Positions 1-12,399 of a stretch of 64,000 bases of DNA are shown piece after piece (position 1 is the stretch's first letter; each line of letters begins with the position of its first letter). This DNA comes from Geosiphon pyriformis uo1 (Eukaryota; Fungi; Glomeromycota). The position numbers and the translations under genes were made by a program. The stretch is taken from the NCBI GenBank assembly GCA_016748015.1, contig JAAOMT010000319.1, positions 1 through 64,000 of the forward strand, given 5' to 3'. The notes beneath the pieces were generated by a model. The model did no database searches. It saw only the letters and a list, made by a program, of their open reading frames with translations, and had not been told where the DNA came from.

Positions 1-1033
1 ATGGTTTGGGAAGATATGGGCCTAATATATGTTTGGTTCGTGTCAATGACGTTTCAGATCTTTGATTTATCAGTATTTAGGTAACAAACCCGCTATTGTT
101 AAATTATAACCCTGCCGTATGCCTATATAATATAATTGTTTTTTAATAATTATTGTATTGTGCAATATTCATTAAATTATTTTTGTTTTGTTAAAATAAC
201 ATTCTTATTGTTTTATATATTTAATATTGAATAAAATTCGTTTCATAATTTTAAAATCAAAATAATTGTAAGTTTTAAAATTGGAAAAAATTAAATATAT
301 TTTTATTATTATTTTGCATATATATATGTAACTTTATATTAATTTTAAACTTATTAAATAAAAGTTTATATATTTAATTTAAAAATAAAACAAATTTAAT
401 AATGTTATTTTTTATGTATTAATTAAATATAATTTTAATTAAAACTTAAAATATATAACAAAAATATTACTTACACATTTTTTATATATAACCAATAATT
501 TAAACTTATATTAAGCTATATAAATTAAAAAAACTATTTGTTTTTATTTTATTTAAGTATTTAACAATTTTTTATTTAAATGCTTATTTAATTTTTTATT
601 TTAAACATATTTATATATTTAAGTTCAATAACTTTTATATTAATTAATTATTTTTATTTTTATTATTAATTTATTATTTTTATTATTTAAAGACATATAT
701 TATAGTTTTGTAAATTTTTAAACAACAAAATAATAATAATAATAATAATCCTTTCAATTTAAAAGATTTTAGTATTTAATATTAAATATTAACTATTTTT
801 AACAATTAATAAAAAAATAATTTAAATTATTAAAACACTAATAAAAATTTTTTTTTATTAAAATTTAACAAATGAGATCTAAACACTACTTAATTAAAAG
901 GAATTTAATTTTTCTCTTGTTGATCCCCTGACCATGACAAGAGCAAAAAATTTTTTGAAGAAATCACTTATCTTTTCCCTTTTACTCTTTGTTTCCCTAA
1001 GTCATTTCATCCAACATACCTCCTTTTATCATA

Positions 1034-2997
1034 ATGGAGCAGGTGGGTTTGTCTGTTGGTAGTTCTGATTCGGTTTTGGCTGAGTTGGGGACCTGGTCTG
1101 GTGCCAAAAAAAAGGCACATGTTAAAAGTGTCTACTCTTATAGTTCTTTATTCAAAAAGCCGAAAAAGTCTGATGCTTCTGGCATCATAGTAGATTCGTC
1201 GGCTGGATCTCTGTTTGCTAATATATTACAAGATACCAGTGTTGAGCATACTAAATCTTGGGGCAGTGAAATGGACAGTGAAGAAAACAGTGTTAGTAAA
1301 GTATCAGATATAGAAAACATGAAGAACATAGTCACTAAAGAAATGAGCTATGTTAATTTTAACACTTTTGAGACAAATGACATGATGAATGATGCTACTC
1401 TGAGGAAAACACAAATGAGAACTTATGTGCTGGAACAGCCGCCGAAAGTGCCTTCTTTTGATGCTTTGAGTGATAATGATGCCAAATTAGTGCTTTTGGG
1501 GCCTAAGTTTTCTGGATCTTATAAGCTGTTATTGGCTGAATCATGTGATCAGAATGTTAGGAATTTTGGCTCTGCTAAGTTATTTGCACTGGATATTAAA
1601 CTGTCAGCAATTTCTGGGAAGACTAATAGTGATAAATTAATCACAATTAAAAAAATTTTTTATTATATTGATGGTTTTGGGAGGGCTTCCACTTCCTTAA
1701 AATTTCCTGGAATCATTAAGTCATCTTTTACATCCAAATTTAATTTAGATAAGGCAAAGGAATTGGCAATCTGTGAGAAAATTTTTGTTAATGATAATCT
1801 AAGAAAAGTAAATATTTACTCAGATCAGAAAATAATTGTCAAGAAAATTCCTGTTGATTTTTCCAAATCGGCTGTGGAATCTGTTTTTTCCAAATTTGGT
1901 AAGATAGTGTCTATCAAAATGCAACTGATTAGTTTATGGCAAAAAGTCTTAGTGGAGTTTGATTTATTTGAAGTAGCTAGTTTAGTTGCTTCCAAGTAGT
2001 CTGTTTTCATGAAAAAGGATTCTGTGCAAGTAGTCTTGGCAATTGAGGATAAACAATCTTGGATATTTAGGGATTGGCATAGAGCTTTGCTCTATACTTT
2101 ACCAGTTGGTATCACTGCTTATGATTTGTCTGGTTTACTTGAATTATATGGTGGGAGGACCTGTTTTATTGGTCACAATCCTAGTTTTTATGTATATGAC
2201 AGATGTGCTATGGTTTGTTTTGTTGATAAGACATCCAAGTTGGCTGCTATTGGCTCTGTTCCTGTTTTTAAGAGTGTGAATCTGTACTGGGCTAACCTTT
2301 TTCTGGCTTGTTGTGCCACATGCAAACAATTTGGTCATATCTTAGATGCGTGTTCAGTTGGTGGGAATTCTGGAGTTCATGGGAAGTAGATGGTGACTAA
2401 TCAAGATCGGGTTTATCTGGCCAATATTTATAAAAAAAAGCAGGCACCTATTATTTGCTTGGTTTCTTTTAGTGGCAGAATTTGGGCTCAAGTTGCAGGT
2501 GGTTCCTCTTTTCTTTTAAGTTCTTTGTCTCCTTTAGGTACTGGTCCATCTTCTGGCACTAAACTTTCTATTGGTACTTGGTTCTCTTTTAGCAGTGCCA
2601 ATCCCTATAGTGTCTCTAGTTTGTTCAATTACTTGGCGTCTTTGGAGCTTTTAACTAATCAGGTTTCTGATATTGTGAGAAAGTTGAGCTTTGTGAAACT
2701 AGTGCCTTTGTCACCTGTTCACATGAGCTTCTTTTGGCTGTTTTTACATCTTTGGCTCCAGAAGTTAACTCGAATATAGTTTTGGATGGTGTGCCAGAGC
2801 TTTCTGTTCCCTTTTTTTCTGCTGTTGTTGATAATACTTCTGGTTTCAGTTTGAGTAGCTCCAAGATGCTAACCACCAAAGTGGATGGATTAGAGTCAAA
2901 AATGATGTCTTTGGAAACTTTAATTAGTTCAGTATTGATCAGATTGGATCATTTGTGTTCTGGTTCTGGCTCCCTATTACCTTTTTCATCCCAATAA
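1034..2997 (+). pseudogene. LINE ORF1 (RRM + CCHC zinc knuckle + C-terminal coiled coil), disrupted
   Basis: RRM-like IIVKKIPVDFSKSAVESVFSKFGKIVSIKM...VLVEF, zinc knuckle CATCKQFGHILDAC, and heptad KVDGLESKMMSLETLI. In-frame stops at 1997 and 2387; frameshift near 2730. Confidence 0.88.
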
Positions 2998-5900
2998 GTG
3001 GTTTGGTTTGGAAATTTGCTATGTGCAACATTCGAGGTATCAATGTTCCTACAAAACAAGTGGATGTTGTTCACTGGCATATAAGTTCTGAGAATATGAT
3101 TTCTTTCATTACTGAGATAAAGTTGAGGTCTACCTCTGAGCTTTGGATTAAGGATAAATATGATAGAGTTCAGATTTTTACTTCTGGTTTGAATGTTGGA
3201 TATCTTGGTGCTGGTGTTGTTGTTGTCATGAACAATTCTTTGGCTTATCATGTTTCTAAGATTGAGGTGGTTTCTGGTCAGATTATTTTGGTGCAGCTTC
3301 TATTCAAGAGCAAGCTCTTGGTGTCTGTTCTCAGTTTGTATGCTGGTGCATCTGCTGGCATCTATTTTGGGCAAGCATCTAAGGTTAACTCTATCATTGC
3401 TAAGACTGTTAACACCAGTACTTTTGTGGTCTTGGGTGGGAATTTTAATGAGTGTGGGTCTAGAAGAAATACAAGTTTCAAGTTCTGCTCAAGTTTGGGT
3501 CTAGTTAATTTATTTAATGGCTATCATTTGATTAAGGCTCCTATGTGGTGCAATTTAAAAGGTGTTGAGAGGACCATTGATTACATTTTTGTTAGTGAAA
3601 GTCTATTTTTCGCTGTTGTAAAATGTTGGGTTGGTTCTGTTTCTGATTTTTTTAATACAGACCATAATGCTGTGACAGTATCAATCGGTCTGGGTGGGCT
3701 CCTGGATGTTCAGTTGAATGGTTTATGCAAACAGGCTAACAAGAATTGTTAGAAGTTCAAAATCAAGGATGCAGACAGTACTGGGTGGTCTTGCTTTAGA
3801 GATTACTCCTCCATCAGAATTCTGATAATAAAGGATAGGTTTCTTACTGCAGCTGTGAGTCATAATTTAGATGCTATGTAGTCACTACTGAAAAAGGCAT
3901 TAGTGGGTTCTGCAGATGAGATCTTTTCTAGACTTTGGTTCAGTGATTTTTAGTGTTCAAAAAATAAGCAGTCTTCTAAATTTCTGGAATTGAAGTTGTT
4001 AGTTGCCAAGATTGTTAAGAGGTTAGAATCTGATGACACTTTCGGGTTCAATTGTCTTGTTAAAAAATGGTTAATTTTGGATGCTGATAAGGCTCTTGTG
4101 TTAAGAAACATGGTTTATGCTGATCAAAAAATGATAGACATTCTTAAATATTTGTCAATTGTCAGAAAAGGGTACAGAAAATCCAAAATATATGAATCAA
4201 AATTGGTGCAAGAGGCTTCTATTAAAGCAGCTATTGAGAAATGCATGGAGAAGTTTTGTTTGAACAAGAACAATATGATCAGAAGTGTTTTGGATAGACT
4301 CTTTTGAAAGGTAGTGTTGGATTACTTGGTGGTTAATGATGAGCTGGTATTGGATCCAGATGGGATAAAATTGAATGTTGACAGGATCATAGAAGGTTGG
4401 ACAAGGAAATATGTGGTGCCTTCTGCATTGTCTAATCTCTGGGCTTGCCAGTATGTATCATTGAACTATGTTAAAGATAATGTTTTTTCTGGTGTAATAG
4501 ATGTGATTGTCATAAGTAAGTTGCTTGTAATTGTTGGTGGTCTGTCTGATGACAAAGCTGCTGGCTTGTTTGGCATTCTGAACAAACTTTGGAAGCATGG
4601 TGGCAAGAGTATAATGAAGTGCCTTTTGGTGTTGTTGAATGAATGTCTCTTTATTGGTACAGTGCCTGCCTTGTAAAAAAGAGCATGGTTTTCAATGATT
4701 CCTAAATCTTATAATTGGAATGGAATTTTCACGAATATCCACCTTATTGCTTTAATTAAGACAGCCAGAAAGATTTTTTCTGATAAAATTTTTTTCGCTT
4801 ACAGCAAGTTTGGTGTTTTTCATGGTGACAATTTTTCAGTGTTAAAGAGTATCTTTACTCAGGTTCTGGTGTTTGCTGTTGGGTTGGTGGTTGAAGATGC
4901 TCTTGAAAAAAATAAGGAACTTTGGTTGGTTTTGCAGGATATGCGTAAGGCATATAATTCTGTTGGTTGGCACTACTTAAAGGCTAGCCTACGGCATATC
5001 AAGATATGTGACAAATTTATCAAGTTTTTTGGTAGTATTTATGAGAATAGGATTAACAGAGTAATAACCAATTTTGGCCTCTTAAATGGTTATAGGGTAC
5101 ATGATAGTTTGGATCAGAGTGAGGTTTTTTCACCCCTTCTTTGAAGGATTTTCTATAATCTGCTATTGTATGAAGTTAAAAGACATAAGCATTTATGTAG
5201 GTACCAAATTAATATTAAGTTTGTGGCTAAATTGGACAGAGTTGAGAGTAATGATGGAATGTCTTCCTTTTTTGCAGCTGAGGCTTTTGTTAATAACATT
5301 ATTTGGATCAAAGATTGCCAAGCATCAATGCAATATGCCTTGGACATTGCTAGTAATTTCTTTTTGATTAATGATATTTTCATCAATAGTAAGAAAACTG
5401 TAACCATTCCTATTAACCAGAGTGTTAAGGTTGCTTCTCTGAATATTAATGGACAGCCAATTTCTATTGCCAAAAGAGGCAAAGCACACAGATATTTGGG
5501 GATTTTTTTGTCAACAGAGGACTTGTCTAGGTCTAGTTTGGCCAAGACTCATTCAGATGTTCATTTTTTTGCCAATGTAGTGCTCAGGAAGGCTATCACA
5601 GATAAGCAGTTTTTGTATTTAGTGTCAGCTGTCTTATAATCCATTGTCAACTATCATACTCAATTTAGCTTTGTTTCTTTGAATGTGTGCCACAAGTAGA
5701 ATGCCTTGGTCAGAAAGGGTCTTAAGCTTAAGGCTGGTCTTTCTCATGACTTTCCTAATGCAGCTTTACATCATTCCTCATTGTATGGCCTGAAATCTTT
5801 TGAGCAGATACAGACTGAGAGCAAATTGGCTGCTGTGATCACATTTTCTAATGCTTCAGACATTTTGGAACGTTTGTTTGATTATAAATTCCTGGATTTG

Positions 5901-7671
5901 CAGGTTCTGGATTGGACTCCTTTGAATCCTCTGCAGTTCCCTGTCAAGTTGCATGTTAATTCTGTGAACAATTTTTTGGCTGGTATGGTTAAGATTTTTT
6001 TGGGTAATAAGCTGTCTTTGGCAAATAACCTGCCTTGCTTTTCATGATCCTGGTAATTTTCTTATGTTATTGGTGTTGGGAAGTGCTTCTTATTTTGGTT
6101 TTGTTCATTCTTTGAAGTAATTTAGTGTTGCCTTTGGAAACAGATTGTTTGACAAGAAGGGTCATGTAATAGATTGGAAAACTTTTCGCCAGTAGAAAAA
6201 GCTCAACCCAAGAGGGTCTGTCCCTTATTAGTTCAATTTCACATCTGGGTTTTTGCATGATGGTGGTGTTTTGCTATCTGGTCTGACTAGAGTCAATCAT
6301 CTTTCTGGTTTGGACATTCTGGCTTCTGGGAAGTTTTTTAATTTGCATAATAGTTTACACAAATTATGGTTTGGTTTTTTTGAGATTTTTACAGATGGTT
6401 CACTAAAAGCTTTTGGCTTTTCTAGTGTTGTTGGTAGTGCTGCTGCATATTTTTCTGCCATCAACTATAGTATTAATATTAGAGTCTGTGGTTTGATGTC
6501 TTTCACCTTGGCCAAGTTGCAGGCTGTTGCTTTGGCATTAGAATGTGTTCTATTTTCTAGTGCGGTGACAGTACACTTTGATAGCCAAGCTGTCATTGAC
6601 ACATGTGTCTCTGAATTGTCTCATCTGGTGCCTGATTTCTGAGTTCCGTGCTGGGTAGAGAGACATTACATTTTTAATTTGATTAGTAAGAAAAATTTGA
6701 GTGTGAGTTGGGTCAAAGTTAAAGGTCATTCTGGTGTTTGTGGCAATATTAAAGCTGATGCTGCTGCTGGTGCTGCTGTATGTTCTCAGTTTTTTTTGCC
6801 TATTGGGATGTGGAAACAGCTTTTAATTGCTGAGAATATGGTCATGTCTGGCAATGCCCACCATTTTGTTAGGGATCTGTTTAGGTCTATATGCCAGGCA
6901 CATTGGGAGACTGGGCCTGGCTGTGATATGATTCAGAGTAGTTTGATCAAATGTGTGGACTAGAATGCTACCTTAAGAGTGTGACACCCTAATTCACACA
7001 TGCTTACTGGGTCTACTAGCCAGAAGTCTTCTGTGCTGTAGTCATATTTGATAAAGGCTGTGCACTATTGACTCTCTATAGCTGTTCAAAAAAAATTGTA
7101 TAATAAGAGTTACTCTAGTGTGCTGTGCTTATTGTGTAGAGAGATGGAGTTGCCCGATTATGTGTTTTCTTGTGCCATAGATGCTAGTGTCTGAGATGAG
7201 ATCTTTGCTGAGACCATTGCATCTTGGATTTCTTTGGTGAGTTCTTGTGTTTTGTCTTCTTCTGCTGTTCTGTAGTTTCTCAGTTGTTGTTTCTCGAATG
7301 TTGGTTTGTATTTTGTTCTGTGTAAGGGATTTGTCATAAGTGATTGGTGCTCAGAGGCTGTTGAAGTTTTTGAAGTCAGGAAGGTGGCTGTTGGTATTGT
7401 TGTCAATTTTGTAAGGAGTGTTGTTGAGCTACACCATAATAAGGTCTGGCTAATAAGATCTAGTTATAGAGTGAGCATGGAAAAAGCTGGTTCAGTTAGG
7501 AATGATGAAGTAGTATTAGGTTTGTCACATTGCAGGACATTTGTGTTGTCTGATGGCATGGTTTGGATGCTTGGTGTTTTGGGTTTTTTTTCTGTTAGCT
7601 TTGATTATCATAGACCTAAACTTTTCTTTTCTGGTTTGGATTTCAGTCCTCAAATCATTATAAGTGTGTAG
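2994..7671 (+). pseudogene. LINE ORF2 (AP endonuclease, reverse transcriptase, RNase H, C-terminal zinc finger), disrupted
   Basis: APE motifs: MCNIRGIN, ITEIKL, LGGNFN, TIDYIF, NTDHNAV. RT motifs: LQDMRKAYNSV, QSEVFSPLL, AFVNNIIW (xxDD decayed to NN), RYLGIFL. RNase H motifs: IFTDGS, FDSQA, WVKVKGHSGVCGNIKAD. C-terminal CLLC...YVFSC. About 18 premature stops and few indels. Confidence 0.92.
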
Positions 7672-9742
7672 TATTGCTTTGTCTGACCTGAATGGCTAGC
7701 CATATGTAGTAAGTACATGAGCTGTATTTAATCTGGGCCTTTTAGTTTGACTCTATATACTAGACAGCAGTTGGATTTTATTCATAAAACATGTAATAAA
7801 AAAAAAAAAAAAATTTATTATTATTGTTATAATTAAAATGATTATTATATATATATTATATATTAAAATTTGTAATTATTAATTATTTTATTATTGTTTT
7901 ACTAATAAAATAGTTAATATAGTCAAATTTTTATAAAAAAACATAATTAAAACATACAAATTATGTTTTATTTTAAAGATATTTTATTATAAAATTTTAT
8001 AATTATTATTAAATAAACTATATTTATTTATTAAATTAATTATTATTATTATTATTATTAAAATATTGATTAATTGTTTTAAAATCTTTATTTTCTCATA
8101 TTTATATAATTTTTTTTTTAAATAAATTTTGGTTTTCTATATTGAAATTTTTTTTTGTTAATTGTTTTTTAAATCTAATTATTTTTTTTAATGCTTTATA
8201 TGCTTTTGTAATTATATTTATAGCAGATAAAAATTCTTTTAATTTTTTTTTTGAATTATTAATTATATTTTTAATTTGAGTATTAACTAAAATTATATCT
8301 ACAATTTTATTATTATTAAGAATATTTTTAATTGCTAATAATTCATTAACTGCTATAATATAATCTTTAAAATTTTCGATTAATTGTTGTGTATTTAATA
8401 ATAAATTATTGAATATATTTATAATAATTAATGTTTTAGATTCTTAAATTTCTAATTTTTGATTATAAAAAAAAATATTTGTTTTTTGCCAATAATTTTG
8501 AATTATAATAGGCGTTACTTAAAATTATGATTAAATAATATAACCAATTACTTGTTTTATGTTTAATTTATTTTTATAAAATAAATTAATATTATATAAA
8601 ATTATATAATATATAATAATACTAATATTTATTAATTAAAAATATAATGTTGTATTTGGAAAAAAATAATGCAAAATAATATTAATTAATTAAAATAAAG
8701 TTTTTTCAATTTAAGTATGATAAAAATTTACATTATTAATCAAAAATAATATGCTGATTTTGAATTTAAAAATTTTTATTTATATATTTAAGTTATGTTT
8801 TCTATATATCTAAATACATCTATGTTTTAAAATTACATTTGTAAATTATAAATAGATTAAAAGTATTAATTTTTTTAAAGCATTTTGAATTTTTTGTATG
8901 TTCAATTATTAAAAATTGTAATTTATAAGATTTAATTAAATTTGTAGCCAAAAAAAATTGTAATTTGAGATTTATTTTATAAAAAACCCAATTAATTTAA
9001 TATAATAATAATTAGTAAATATAATACACTGATTTTTTTTGTATTTTAATATTTTGTAAGTATTTAATTTAGTTTCATATAAAAAAATAATTCTGTTTTA
9101 TTAGTATTATATATGTTAACAGAATTAAATTCAAATATAATATTTTTCTATTTTTTTTATTTTTTGGTAATTTTTAGTTAATATATTTTTTACTTTACTA
9201 TAAAATTAATAAACATATAACTAGTTTTGTTTTTTGAATTTTTAAACTTATTTATTTGATAATTGTATTTTATTTTTATATATACCAAGAAATTTGGCAA
9301 ATTTTTTTTCTTTTTTTAATTAGTTAATTATTAAATTTAATAGTGGCTGTAATTATTTGTTTTCTCAATAACTTAAAATTTGATCTAATAATAAAAAATT
9401 AATGCTTTTATGTTAAATAGATCTTTTTAAGATTTTATTAATTTTAATATTTAACTATTTTGTATGTTTTTTAATTATTTTAGAAATAGTTAGACAAAAA
9501 ATATAAAGTTTTAAATATTTATAATTAAAATAAATTATAATATTATTATGTTTTATATTATAATAATTTTTGCAATATTGATAAATTTTTTTATAAAAAT
9601 GTTATTAATTGTTGTTTATTTTTGTTTTTTAAATAAAAATTTTAATATTATAATAATTTAGCAAATCTGTTAAAAAATATGTCTATAATAATAATATTAA
9701 ATTTAATTTTAACAAGTTTAAATTAAAATACAATAGAGACTA

Positions 9743-12056
9743 GAGCATTTAATTAATAATTTGGAAAAAAAAAACTCTTTGTCTTCTTAATTTTATGACT
9801 ACAACCAGAGCAAAGAGTAAAAAGACTACACTTGATATCTGTCTTAAAATATCTAATAAAATTTCAATTAGAAGAGCTCTTTTTGTTGTAGAAGCAACTA
9901 GGCAAAACGTTTTAGAAGCCTTTCCCTTACCTAGTAATTGTGATAAGCTGCCTTTGATAGCCACTAAAGCAACTTTTTCATCTTTGGTTGGTTTTTCACC
10001 AGTCAAAGTCTCCTCAAAAAGACACACCTGGGTTAGTCTTAGTGTTGCCTCCACCCCAACCAAGAGCCCAAAAGTTTTTAATAATAGACTAGTAAATAAG
10101 CTGGTATTTCTCTCCATAGCTTCAACATCTGGTGCTGCTAGCACTTCTTTTTCAAAAAAAATGGTCAAAAAGACCAAAAGTTTAGATAAGTGGAAGCAGT
10201 CGCTTGTCTCTGCTATTGTTACACCGAACCCCTTTGTGGTTCCCAATGAGATTTTAGATGAGATCTCTATAGCATTATCTGGCACATCATCTAAGATGGA
10301 CCAAGATCAACTACTGGCTGTATTGCCAAATATGGTGTCTTTTGGTAGATCATCACTGGTTTTAGAAGCAAAACAATCTTCTTCTATTAGATTATCTGTT
10401 CTTGGGAACTGGACTGATTAAATGAAAACTGATTCATCTCCTCCTCTAGTTTCTGGTGCTACTTTTGGTGGTGCTTGGGAAACTATTACTAGTCGTCAAA
10501 GGTTTGTTGGGTGGGTGGCCTCCACTCTGGTGCTTGGTGCTATTTTTAAGATCAAATTGGCTTATGTTAAGACTGTTTTTCAGTCTGTGCATAGTTTCTT
10601 GGGTGCTAAATCTGTTTCAAAAGACAATGTGAAGCTTTTTTGTGTGGAGTTTGCTTCTCAACAGTCTTTGGATGCTGCATTTCTGGTTGAGCTTACAAGC
10701 TCTGTTTATTTGACCACTCTCAAAATTGCCAAGTTTTTAGTAGTTTCTGAATCTGGTTCCTTTTTTGCTGCTGTTGCACTGCATAATGTACCTTTAGATG
10801 TGTTTGCTACTAACATTAAGTTAGCTCTCAGTGTGTTTGGTAGTATCACTTGTGTTGTGCTAAAGCCTGCTGGCATTTGGCAGTATGTAGTGATTTATTT
10901 TGAAAAGTTGAACTCTGCTGTGTCTGCTTTGAAGCATTGGTCAATCTTGGTGGGCAAGAATAGTGTTAGAATCCTCTCTCTGGTAAATTAAAATGAGACT
11001 ATTTTGTTTCGTGATAAGTTTAAGGCCAAATTGGTCAACCTTCCCTCTGGCTGTACCACCTTTGAAATCAGTGATATGATTTCTTAGATTGGTGGTCAAA
11101 CATGTTTCATCCCTCGTTCTCCTGGTTCTGGTTATCGTTCCCAGTTTGCTTTGGTTACATTTGACTCTCAAGGCAATTTGAATTCTGCTGTAGTCAAAAC
11201 TAGTACTCTAAGAAAATGCCATATCTGGTGGAAAACTCCTGGCTGTTGGCACTGCTTTATGTGTCAAAAAATGAGCCATCTGGCCGTGGATTGCAAGATT
11301 TTTCCACCTTCCACTCCCAAGATTCTCAAGGTTTTTAAGTTTCATTTTGTGGGTTCTGCTTCATATGCCAAGACTGCTACTTCTTCTGGTCTTTCTGAGT
11401 TTCCTTCTTTAGTGGCTCTTTCGGCTGCTTCTACTGCTGATTCTGTTGTTGATTCCAGATTGGACTCTTTAAAAAAGCAGATTTCGGATTTGGCTGCTCT
11501 GGTTAAGTCTATTGTTGAACCTATTGGTTCTTTGGTCGCTTTGGTGTCTTGTCTTCTTGATGATAATGCTGTTAAAGCTGTTCAGGTTGAGAAAAATATC
11601 ATTTCTATGAAGAGTGCTGCTAACAATTTTGCTAAATTTATGGTTGGAGTTTCTAAGGACATTGCTTGTCTTAGATCTGAAGTTGACTTTGGTGATATAG
11701 ATTATGATAGTATACTGGCTGCTAAGCCTTCCTTTTTAAGTGAAGGCACAGTTGAGCATGTTATTGCTTTGTAGTGAATGTCTAATGCTGAAACCAAGAG
11801 CAATATTGAATCTACTAGATTGTTTCTTAGTGAGTTTATTTTTGACTCTAGGAATTTGAATGGTATCATTGAGAGAATTCGTAAGTTGGAGTTATTTTCA
11901 CCTATTTTAGATTCAGTGTAGTGAATCCTTAATTGGGTCGAGTGTCTGATCATGTGTAGAAAACACATGATTTACACCTATAATGTAATTCCTTCTGTGA
12001 TAGTATAGTTTTAGGTTGTATTTGGATCTTGCTCATTAAATAAATAAATAAATAAA
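9743..12056 (+). mobile_element. Non-autonomous ORF1-only retroelement (HAL1/half-LINE-like), 2.3 kb
   Basis: Perfect 11-bp TSD AATAGAGACTA at 9732-9742 and 12057-12067, and a (TAAA)n tail at ~12037-12056. It has a single ORF1-like frame and a ~115-nt 3' UTR, with no endonuclease or RT sequence. Confidence 0.85.
9795..11921 (+). pseudogene. ORF1-like protein (~708 codons; Ser/Pro-rich N-terminus, RRM-like domains, CCHC knuckle, coiled coil)
   Basis: One frame with no frameshift, interrupted by stops at 10419, 10989, ~11085 and 11772-11777. RRM-like ALHNVPLDVFATNIKLALSVFGSI and KAKLVNLPSGCTTFEI, knuckle CFMCQKMSHLAVDC, heptad RLDSLKKQISDLAALVKSI. Confidence 0.85.
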
Positions 12057-12399
12057 AATAGAGACTAAATAATTGTATATAAAAACAGAAAAGATTAAAA
12101 AAAGTAAATTTAATATAAATCAATTTTAAAAAAGTTAAAATAAAATTAAATTAATTTTTTTTCTAATTATTAATTAATATTCAACACATTATATTTGTTC
12201 TTATATAAAAATAAATTTTAAATAAACATTTAATGAAATTATGTTTTTATTTTTTTATAGATTATTTTTTTATAAAAAAAATTGTTAATTAATTAATTAG
12301 TTTTATAAAAAAAATGTTTTTATAAGAAATTGTTTTTTTATTAAGAATTTTTTTATAAAAATTTGACTGTATATTATTAATTAAATTATTAGATTGTTG

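Larger units (their letters stand above)
901..7813 (+). mobile_element. Full-length, inactivated non-LTR retrotransposon (LINE, L1/Tx1-like layout with RNase H)
   Basis: Two long stop-interrupted ORFs, a ~125-nt 3' UTR and a 16-nt poly(A) at 7798-7813. The element is CpG-depleted and set in ~90% AT flanks. The 5' boundary is approximate and no clear TSD was found. Confidence 0.93.

Noticed and set aside
840-910. Target-site duplication for the first LINE
   Set aside because: Only low-complexity AT matches to the sequence after the poly(A), indistinguishable from chance.
1138-11968. Numerous short antisense and alternative-frame ORFs over the retroelements
   Set aside because: They are shadows of the real ORF1/ORF2 frames and contain no recognisable motifs.
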